Shown piece after piece: positions 25,575 to 32,000 of a DNA stretch of 32,000 nucleotides (positions are counted from its first letter, which is position 1; each line of letters begins with the position of its first letter). The stretch lies in the NCBI RefSeq assembly GCF_004766055.1, contig NZ_SPQR01000013.1, positions 53,829 through 85,828 on the forward strand. The letters run 5' to 3'. This DNA is from Desulfosporosinus sp. Sb-LF (GTDB taxonomy: Bacteria > Bacillota > Desulfitobacteriia > Desulfitobacteriales > Desulfitobacteriaceae). Position numbers and translations under genes: made by a program. Below the pieces are notes generated by a model. That model was not told the DNA's origin. It worked only from the letters and a program-made list of their open reading frames with translations, and did no database searches.

Positions 25575-26063
25575 ATGAGTAGTCAAACATTTGTTCAAAA
25601 TAATCGTGTAAAAAGTGTCGTAATCAGTCAACCTAAGGCTATTGTTTCCACGAACGTGGAAGTAAGCCCGGAACAGAATAGATATGCTAGTATTTTGTTA
25701 GTTTGCTCATGGGCTGGAATCATTGTAATGCTGATAACGTTCCTTCTGTATATGGGTGGCCTTTTTAATCCTCTTGTTAAACCTTCGGACATGCCGCTTT
25801 ATTGGGGATTGAATGTGCATCAGTACTTGCAGGTTACACATGCACCTAGTGGTTGGGACTGGATGAGATTGATTAATCATGCTGATTATTTAAATTTAGT
25901 TGGGTTAGCTTTTTTGGGAATTGTCTCAGTTCTTGGGTATATTTCACTCTTTATAGATTACTCGCGTAAGAAAGATTTTCCGTTCCTCTTAATGGTTGCT
26001 TTGGAGATTTTAGTAATTACTTTAGCTGCTTCCGGTATTTTTCGCATCTCTGGGGGAGCGTGA
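25575..26063 (+). CDS. DUF1634-like small membrane protein, the usual partner of TauE/SafE permeases
   Basis: 162 aa with three to four TM segments. It starts 6 nt after the permease stop codon. The family call rests on architecture and adjacency. Confidence 0.65.
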   Translation: MSSQTFVQNNRVKSVVISQPKAIVSTNVEVSPEQNRYASILLVCSWAGIIVMLITFLLYMGGLFNPLVKPSDMPLYWGLNVHQYLQVTHAPSGWDWMRLINHADYLNLVGLAFLGIVSVLGYISLFIDYSRKKDFPFLLMVALEILVITLAASGIFRISGGA

Positions 26064-26135
26064 TTTTGACAATCGCTAAAGTGTAGGCACAGATAATTTT
26101 AGACCAAGAAAGTTTGGTTATATACTTTATTAGTC

Positions 26136-26190
26136 AAAACAGAATAAGCCCCGAAGAGATGCATTTGCTCTTCGGGGCTTATTCTGTTTT
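26136..26190. terminator. Bidirectional rho-independent terminator with an unusually long stem
   Basis: 23-bp perfect stem AAAACAGAATAAGCCCCGAAGAG / CTCTTCGGGGCTTATTCTGTTTT with a 9-nt loop. Confidence 0.85.
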
Positions 26191-26399
26191 GGCCATTTTA
26201 ACGACGCTAAACTTAATAAAATTGTAGTGCGTTGTTAGCGAGAAACTATATAAATCACAGAGTTGTAAAATAATTGGTTATAATCTCTTGAGTTGACTAT
26301 GGACCCAACAAGGGAAATATTGGTTAGATAACTATAGACATAATACTTTCCTCAGTGTTAATCTTTATTTGTATAGTTGTATTAAAAGGAGGTGCGGTT

Positions 26400-26498
26400 A
26401 TGGCTGTGGGTTTTATTGCTATCGTTGTCATGGTCGCCGTTTTTGGAATTGTTTTTGTTGATTACAAACAGCAGCATGGAAGAGGCGGATGTAACTAA
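26400..26498 (+). CDS. Small hydrophobic peptide, 32 aa (MAVGFIAIVVMVAVFGIVFVDYKQQHGRGGCN)
   Basis: My own translation. An AAAGGAGGTG RBS lies 5-8 nt upstream of the ATG. The peptide has a single TM helix and a polar tail. It is absent from the ORF track because of its size. Confidence 0.4.
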   Translation: MAVGFIAIVVMVAVFGIVFVDYKQQHGRGGCN

Positions 26499-26723
26499 CT
26501 CTTAGGGGATGTCTAAACATAATTTCAAATATAGTTTAACTCCGATAAGGAGCAGAAACATAACCAACCCGATTGTGAATTCGTTATTCTTTATTCTTAT
26601 AACGCACGTACGAATTACTTGGAATATTTTCAGGTCACATACCCAATAAACAATGCCATTCTCGGGCAGGGAGCGGTTTGTGGGATCTCTACCTGCCTGG
26701 AGATGCTGAGAGGAATATTTAAT

Positions 26724-26771
26724 GTGTTGGCGAGAAAATAAAAATTTTCTCGTCAACACATTTCGTTTTTT
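26724..26771 (+). terminator. Rho-independent terminator (+ strand orientation)
   Basis: 16-bp stem GTGTTGGCGAGAAAAT / ATTTTCTCGTCAACAC containing one G-U pair, with the loop AAAA. A T6 run follows after a short spacer. Confidence 0.7.
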
Positions 26772-26795
26772 ATATTGAAGGGTGGGTTGAGGGTA

Positions 26796-27149
26796 TTAAT
26801 AATTATGTGTACCTATAACTACTGGCTTGCCGAATTTCCCTTCCAGTTTCGTTTTAATACCGTTGAGGTCAATGGGACAGGCGGAAGTGTTTCTAGCCCT
26901 AACTACACAGGTACCGATATGAATAGCATCTATATCTTGTAACAAATAATCAGCCATTTCCATAACTAATCCAACTTTAGGCATAACTAAACCAGGGCAA
27001 TCGCCACAACCACTGAGACCCGCAATCTGAACGGTGTCATACTTTGCAAATTCACCTTCTTTAAGCGCAGCAGCTTTAAAACACTTCAGGCAAGCAATAC
27101 AACTGACATCACGAATTTTAGTGCAGGATACAATTAGAATATTAGCCAT
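26796..27149 (-). CDS. CGGC-domain protein (putative metal-binding, uncharacterised family)
   Basis: 117 aa. VSCTKIRDVSCIACLKCFKA...LSGCGDCPG...HIGTC matches the CGGC-domain pattern, with GCGDCPG in place of GCGGCPG. AAGGGGG RBS. Confidence 0.8.
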   Translation of the reverse strand: MANILIVSCTKIRDVSCIACLKCFKAAALKEGEFAKYDTVQIAGLSGCGDCPGLVMPKVGLVMEMADYLLQDIDAIHIGTCVVRARNTSACPIDLNGIKTKLEGKFGKPVVIGTHNY

Positions 27150-27655
27150 TAAACAAAGCCCCCTTTATTTAAGTAACTATATTCCACAAGGACATAAGTA
27201 ATCCTGTATTTACTTAGGATATATTCAGGGGATTTAGTAACTTATTTAGGCAAGTCCTGGCAGTTGGTTTTGAATTTGTAACCGTGCAATATAAAAATTT
27301 TATGGAACAAGACCGCTGCAATAGCATTCTGTTAAAAATGAAGCAGAAAAGCTGATGAACGGCTTGTGACGTGAATATTTTGAAGACAATACTGGGCGAT
27401 TTTTAGTAGAAATCAGCCATAATGGAGATACTGTTGAAGTAACAGTTGAACTGAATTAAACAACGACACATGTCAATCTTAAAGTGGTTGGCATGTGTCA
27501 TTTAGTCTCTAAAACAAATAATTTTTAAATTAAATTAAAATAAGTATGCCTTGAAGTCTAAATAGTAGTAGAATTATCGGTGTTGATTACGGAGTTTAGT
27601 GGTAGCAGATTATACAATATGCACAAGTACTATGATGAATTGTTGGAGTGATAAA

Positions 27656-28558
27656 ATGATTAACTTTAAAGAAATAGAACTAAACGACAAGAATTGGATG
27701 GAACCCCTAATTATCAAAGCTGATATGAGTGGTTGTCATCAAAACTTCACAAACATATTTGCATGGTCGGAAATCTATCAATATCGTGTTGCAAGGGTAA
27801 ATGGTTACCTTGTGGTCAAAGGGGTTATCGATGATTCCCACTATTATTTTTATCCTGCGGGTTCGGGTGATATTAAGACTGTATTTGAGGTCATGCAACA
27901 TGACGCTGCTTCTTGCGGTCATGAATTTGTATTAGCCGGAGTATCCCCAGAGAATATTGCCGTGCTGAATGGCGTGTTTCCTGATCACTTCGAGTATAAA
28001 GTGATGAGAGAAAGCTTTGATTATGTTTATCTTCTGGATAAGCTAGTCACGCTGGCAGGGAATAAACTTCACTCTAAACGCAATCATATCAACAGATTTA
28101 ATAAGGAAAATAGTAACTGGAGCTTTGAAAAGATCTCATTAGAAAACTTAGCTGAATGCTGGGAGATGAACCTGCAATGGTGTAAAATCAATTCCGGTAA
28201 TGAGGATGAAATTGCCAAAGAAAGCTGCGCAGTACGTCGTTGTTTTAACAACTTTACCGCTCTTGGCTTAGAGGGTGGACTTATACGTGTAGAGGGCAAG
28301 GTTATTGCCTACACGATGGGAGAAAAATTGAATTCAGATACCTATGTCGTTCATATTGAAAAAGCATTTGGAGAGATAGGGGGTGCCTATCAAATAATCA
28401 ACCGTGAATTTGCTGCTTTTATCCAAGAGAGCTATCCCCAACTGATTTATGTGAACCGTGAGGAGGACATGGGCTTTGAGGGATTACGAAAGGCTAAGTT
28501 ATCCTACCATCCGGATAAAATGGAGGAAAAATTCTTTGCTACCTATATAGAATTTTAA
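27656..28558 (+). CDS. DUF2156 protein, a stand-alone homologue of the C-terminal aminoacyl-transferase domain of phosphatidylglycerol lysyltransferase (MprF)
   Basis: NIFAWSEIYQYRVARVNGYLVVKG...LHSKRNHINRF...YVVHIEKAF...GAYQIINREFA...YVNREEDMGFEGLRKAKLSYHP. GGAGTG lies upstream of the ATG at 27656. Confidence 0.85.
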   Translation: MINFKEIELNDKNWMEPLIIKADMSGCHQNFTNIFAWSEIYQYRVARVNGYLVVKGVIDDSHYYFYPAGSGDIKTVFEVMQHDAASCGHEFVLAGVSPENIAVLNGVFPDHFEYKVMRESFDYVYLLDKLVTLAGNKLHSKRNHINRFNKENSNWSFEKISLENLAECWEMNLQWCKINSGNEDEIAKESCAVRRCFNNFTALGLEGGLIRVEGKVIAYTMGEKLNSDTYVVHIEKAFGEIGGAYQIINREFAAFIQESYPQLIYVNREEDMGFEGLRKAKLSYHPDKMEEKFFATYIEF

Positions 28559-28598
28559 TATAAGTCATTTTTTAAAAAAGCAGATGGAGATTGAATTT

Positions 28599-29489
28599 AT
28601 GATGAACGTAGTCAGACTAGCCCAAGAAGGTGAGACAGTTTGTCAAAAAGAACTTTGGAAACGTTGCTTTGGGGATCCTGACAGTTATATCGATTTCTAC
28701 TATGCCAATCGGTACAAAGAGGACGAAACTGCAGTATTGCTTCATGGTGGAGAGATTCTGGCCATGCTTACGAGAATACCTGTTGAAACGATGACACCGG
28801 ATAAACGAAGCTTTAACACAGTCATGCTCTACGCTATCGCAACACACCCAGAATACCAGCGAAGAGGTTTTGCTACTCAATTAATAGATTTTAGCAACGA
28901 ATATCTTAGGTCAGGGAAGAAGGAACTTTCTGTTCTAGTCCCAGCCAATAGGCAACTTGCTGATTTTTATCGAAAACAAGGATACCAGGATGGATTCTAC
29001 CTTAGGGAGTCCTTACTTAGTCGCGAGGGGGTAGATAGATTACCAATCCATAAATCGTGCCATTGCACGATCACATCGGTAACTCCCGAAGAGTATAATC
29101 GCAGACGGAATAAACAACTGAGTGGTAGACTCTTTATTTCGTATGCTGATGGAGATATTGCCTATCAGAAAAAACTGTCACAAAAGTCTGGAGCGGACAT
29201 CTATGCTGTAGACATTGAAGAAATAAAGGGCTGTTTAGCAGTTGAAAGACTGCCTTCTGACACGGCGCTCATCAAGGAAATCTTACTCCCAGAGGATTTA
29301 ATGAATGTGGCTATCCAACAGATAGTAAAACAACTGCCTGCCAAGGAATATGTACTGCGCACACCTCCCCATTTAGCCGAGCATTTAGGGGGTTCCGTTC
29401 GCCCTTTTGGAATGATTAGGGCACATAGAGAAATCGATTGGGTGATAACACCAGAAGATTTAGGATATCTGGGATTTGCATTCGATTAG
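28599..29489 (+). CDS. GNAT-family N-acetyltransferase with an additional C-terminal domain
   Basis: Acetyl-CoA binding segment LYAIATHPEYQRRGFATQLI. 296-301 aa depending on which of three clustered ATGs (28584, 28599, 28602) is used. Confidence 0.8.
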   Translation: MMNVVRLAQEGETVCQKELWKRCFGDPDSYIDFYYANRYKEDETAVLLHGGEILAMLTRIPVETMTPDKRSFNTVMLYAIATHPEYQRRGFATQLIDFSNEYLRSGKKELSVLVPANRQLADFYRKQGYQDGFYLRESLLSREGVDRLPIHKSCHCTITSVTPEEYNRRRNKQLSGRLFISYADGDIAYQKKLSQKSGADIYAVDIEEIKGCLAVERLPSDTALIKEILLPEDLMNVAIQQIVKQLPAKEYVLRTPPHLAEHLGGSVRPFGMIRAHREIDWVITPEDLGYLGFAFD

Positions 29490-29540
29490 TAATACTCGCT
29501 CAAAGCCTAAGTCAGCTAGAGGGGAGATCGGTAAGATTTT

Positions 29541-29565
29541 GGAGAGACGCGTGCTCTCCTTTTTG
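29541..29565 (+). terminator. Rho-independent terminator after the GNAT gene
   Basis: GGAGAG-acgcgtg-CTCTCC followed by T5. Confidence 0.7.
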
Positions 29566-29795
29566 ATGTATAAATCTAAGATATCACCGATTTATTCAGA
29601 GAGGCCAACGGACGGATAGAGAAGGGTCGCTGTCCACAGTTATCTAGGAGTATGGCATTGTCCATGGAACGACATAATCTATGACAAAGAATGACGAGAG
29701 GGGCGGGACAAACTCCATATTGATGAGATGGAAAATCCACTTATGGGAAGGCCTTTGGGAAGACATACTTGCCTGAATAGATACACTAGGTATTT

Positions 29796-29828
29796 AGGAA
29801 CTGCTTAACCGGTAGTTCCTTTCTTCTT
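29796..29828 (+). terminator. Terminator-like hairpin in the intergenic region
   Basis: AGGAACT...AGTTCCT stem, extended by G-U pairs, followed by TTCTTCTT. Confidence 0.4.
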
Positions 29829-29867
29829 AAAAAACGTGGCCGTCCACATACTGTCGGAATGAATTAA

Positions 29868-29876
29868 TGCTATAAT
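29868..29876 (+). promoter_or_regulatory. Extended -10 promoter element upstream of the TerB-domain gene
   Basis: TGcTATAAT, about 58 nt upstream of the ATG at 29934. There is no convincing -35. Confidence 0.35.
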
Positions 29877-29933
29877 TATTAGACAGGGCTGAACACGGGC
29901 GGAACTCTACGAATAGAAGGGCGAAGGACTGGA

Positions 29934-31655
29934 ATGATCGATAAACTATTGGACACGTTGGAAAGGTTTAATCTCAAACGGGCGTCTGAACTTATTAATA
30001 ACAAAACATCTCACCCGCACCCCGCCGGAGATTTATTCTATGATACTGAAACCCTGATTCTGCCAGAATACCAACATGTCAAAACTCCGCTGCCAGTTAA
30101 AGAATTTCTGGAAGATATTAAAGGAATGACACTCGGATGTGCGGATTTTCCAAGAGATAATCTTAAGTTTTGCCAGGATTCCTTGGCCTATTCTAGGCAA
30201 CAGAAGACGCAGGGAAAACCAGTAAAGCCTGTTTTTATTAGGATTCACGAGATCTTATTTGAAGCCCTCAATAACGCCCAAAAGGAATGGTATTTCTACT
30301 GGAGAAAAGAAGTTTTGAGGGGTAACTATTTAAGTACAGATTCAGGCTGCGTTTTCATTTTTGTTTACGAATTATTAAATTACACATTTAACGAAAATGC
30401 AGCGTTTAATTTAAGTATGTTGGATCGGGTTTGCCTAAATTATCAGGCTAGGCATTGTAATTTAGGTCGTTTTCTACCACGCTGGATTTCCGATTTTTGC
30501 TATGAGTTAGGGGAATATGACCTTGAAAAGAAGTGGACTTCCAGGATACGAAACTGTGAATTCTCTGATTATGAGATCCTCAAACAATTTGAGAACAAAC
30601 TGGAGACAGTTTCTATTACCTTTTGGAAGCGATTTATCAGATCTAATAAAACGAATTTCTTCAAAACAAATAGAAATTTCGTTTATAAAGTCTTCAAGTC
30701 TTCAGTTGCGCTCCTGGAAAATGAGTATCAAGCTCAAGGTAAAAATCTCATAGATGCATGGATATTGCTTAATGAGAAGGATAGTTTTGAACGTCGATTA
30801 TTCCCCAATGCGTTGATAGGCCGTAAGGTTAAAAATAAACCAGAGGCTTTACGAATTCCAACGCTAAAAATGAGAGAAGACCTTACGGCCTTATTTCGTT
30901 TGGCAGAAAACATTGCCAGAGTAAAAGCAGGGGAAAAACGCCAATTAAACGTCGATGAAACACTCTTCCCAGAGGGATTTAAAGATACGCTCTTAGAGTT
31001 GTTTCAGGATAAAGCGCAACCTTCATTAATGTTTGGAAGTCGCTTTGTAAAAGCCCAAAATAAAGGATCGATGGGCTTGGGTAGCTCGATTCCAGAGCCT
31101 CCGGAAACTTTGGAACAAGGTGTGGCGACAATTCCTCTTATTGAGTTTGATTTAGAGCGAATTGATACGTTGGATAAGGAAAGCAAGGAGTTATTAGAGA
31201 TTTTTGCTCTCCGATATGATGAAGAAGAGGAAGTTGATCATCACGATAAATTAGATTTGGAACGAGGGAATAAATTCCTCGAATTGATGAGCATCTCGGA
31301 GAAGGTTAAGAAGGCGAAGGAATCGGAGTCAAGGCGGAAAGAAAAAGAAAAACCCATAAATAGTTTGGCTTCGGTGTTCAAGGATGGAAATTCCGAGGAT
31401 GTTGAGCCCTTCGTGGCCGAATTAACTGAGTTGGAGCGCGATTTTCTCCTTGGGTTCAAAGATCTAATCAGGGTCAAGCAAGAGGGGATAAACTACCTCA
31501 AAACTCGTGGGACCATGATGGGGGTCTTTATCAATACCCTTAATGAGAAATCGTTAGATCATTTAGGGGACAACCTCCTAGAACAAGAGGGAGACGTTAT
31601 AGTGTTCAATGAAGATTTCAAGCAAGTACTTCTTAAACTTGCTGAGGAGGTATAG
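29934..31655 (+). CDS. TerB-N / TerB-C domain protein (SngA-like first component of a Shango-type defence operon)
   Basis: 573 aa. The N-terminal region (EWYFYWRKEVLRGNYLSTDSGCVFIFVYELLN) fits TerB-N. An acidic/lysine-rich linker follows. The C-terminus (FVAELTELERDFL...GVFINTLNEKSLDHLGDNLLEQEGDVIVFNEDF) fits TerB-C. Confidence 0.82.
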   Translation: MIDKLLDTLERFNLKRASELINNKTSHPHPAGDLFYDTETLILPEYQHVKTPLPVKEFLEDIKGMTLGCADFPRDNLKFCQDSLAYSRQQKTQGKPVKPVFIRIHEILFEALNNAQKEWYFYWRKEVLRGNYLSTDSGCVFIFVYELLNYTFNENAAFNLSMLDRVCLNYQARHCNLGRFLPRWISDFCYELGEYDLEKKWTSRIRNCEFSDYEILKQFENKLETVSITFWKRFIRSNKTNFFKTNRNFVYKVFKSSVALLENEYQAQGKNLIDAWILLNEKDSFERRLFPNALIGRKVKNKPEALRIPTLKMREDLTALFRLAENIARVKAGEKRQLNVDETLFPEGFKDTLLELFQDKAQPSLMFGSRFVKAQNKGSMGLGSSIPEPPETLEQGVATIPLIEFDLERIDTLDKESKELLEIFALRYDEEEEVDHHDKLDLERGNKFLELMSISEKVKKAKESESRRKEKEKPINSLASVFKDGNSEDVEPFVAELTELERDFLLGFKDLIRVKQEGINYLKTRGTMMGVFINTLNEKSLDHLGDNLLEQEGDVIVFNEDFKQVLLKLAEEV

Positions 31656-31659
31656 GTAC

Positions 31660-32000
31660 GTGGTAGGAAAACTTCGTAAAAAGGATTCCACAGCAATTCT
31701 AAACTCGCTTTATGGGGGAGTCGTGCCCAATCGGGGTCTGGAACATATTATGGTCGGTCGTAAAGAAGAGGCTACTCAGATTCTGAACGATTTAGAGACC
31801 GTGAAGGACGGAGCCTCAATTATTAAATTTATTATTGGACCCTTTGGCTCGGGTAAGACTTTTCTGCAAGCCCTAATCCAACAAGTTGCTTTCAGCGAAA
31901 AGTTCGTGGTCGGCAAGGTTGATTTTGATGCTAATCGCCGACTTTACGGCTCTGAGGGTAAGTCAGTGGCTACTTATTCGGAAATGATGAAAAATCTAGC
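31660..32000 (+). CDS. DUF2791 / BREX-type ATP-binding protein (SngB-like), 3'-truncated by the window edge
   Basis: My own translation from the GTG at 31660, which lies 9 nt after GAGGAGG and 4 nt after the upstream stop. It reads VVGKLRKKDSTAILNSLYGGVVPNRGLEHIMVGRKEE...FIIGPFGSGKTFLQALIQ, including a Walker A motif. The frame stays open to nt 32000. Confidence 0.85.
   Translation, partial: MVGKLRKKDSTAILNSLYGGVVPNRGLEHIMVGRKEEATQILNDLETVKDGASIIKFIIGPFGSGKTFLQALIQQVAFSEKFVVGKVDFDANRRLYGSEGKSVATYSEMMKNL

Noticed and set aside
26502-26759. 85-aa minus-strand ORF downstream of the CGGC-domain gene
   Set aside because: Its start codon lies inside the 16-bp terminator stem, it has no RBS, and its sequence is featureless. 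The region is better explained as the 3' part of the + strand peptide unit.
27290-27520. Possible gene fragment (frame ending ...YFEDNTGRFLVEISHNGDTVEVTVELN*) followed by the hairpin GACACATG.CAA...TTG.CATGTGTC
   Set aside because: The open frame covers only about 30 codons and is interrupted by stops upstream. It has no start or RBS and no family I can recognise. It may be a pseudogene remnant, but the sequence alone does not support an annotation.
29628-29852. DnaA-box-like motifs (TGTCCACAG, CGTCCACAT) that could indicate a replication-related site
   Set aside because: There are only two copies, and both deviate from TTATCCACA at key positions. No AT-rich unwinding element or dnaA/dnaN context is present.
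1-32000. Search by eye for CRISPR arrays, rRNA genes, IS elements, integrases or long direct/inverted repeats
   Set aside because: I found no regularly spaced repeats, transposase or integrase motifs, or rRNA-like sequence. The longest repeats seen are terminator stems.

Overview
The window looks like a chromosomal segment from an anaerobic Bacillota (Firmicutes) organism, probably a Desulfitobacterium/Desulfosporosinus/Dehalobacter-like Peptococcaceae member. That guess rests only on gene content and on roughly 40-48% GC judged by eye. The first ~14 kb is conserved core. It holds a 5'-truncated RluA-family pseudouridine synthase, a YgbA-like Cys-rich protein, a NUDIX hydrolase, an MFS transporter, rubrerythrin, an M24 peptidase and a universal stress protein. 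It then holds the complete class III heat-shock operon ctsR-mcsA-mcsB-clpC-radA, preceded by a recognisable CtsR direct-repeat operator. Directly after radA the usual Bacillota synteny stops, and the rest of the window reads as a mosaic of accessory modules. These modules are, in order: (1) the mercury-methylation pair hgcA/hgcB, with the NVWCAAGK cap-helix motif and a 2x[4Fe-4S] ferredoxin ending in CC; (2) a nitroreductase; (3) a three-gene operon encoding a DsrE/YedF-like protein, an HgdB-family (double-cubane-type) reductase and its ATPase activase; (4) tandem tRNA-Gln(CUG) and tRNA-Glu(CUC); (5) a HesB/IscA-like protein with a Cys/Gly tail; (6) a 59-aa rubredoxin that the ORF track misses; (7) a decayed EAL/YkuI-like pseudogene; (8) a PC4/YdbC-like ssDNA-binding protein; (9) a sigma-54 two-component system lying divergent to a candidate sigma-54 promoter plus an upstream 11-bp-arm palindrome, which would drive a small zinc-ribbon protein, a TauE/SafE permease and a DUF1634 protein; (10) a 32-aa hydrophobic peptide unit; (11) a CGGC-domain protein; (12) a DUF2156 + GNAT pair; and (13) at the 3' edge, a TerB-N/TerB-C protein translationally coupled to a DUF2791/BREX-type ATPase. 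That last pair has a Shango-like defence architecture and is cut by the window end. I saw no CRISPR array, rRNA, transposase or integrase. All family assignments come from reading motifs in the supplied translations, not from database searches.
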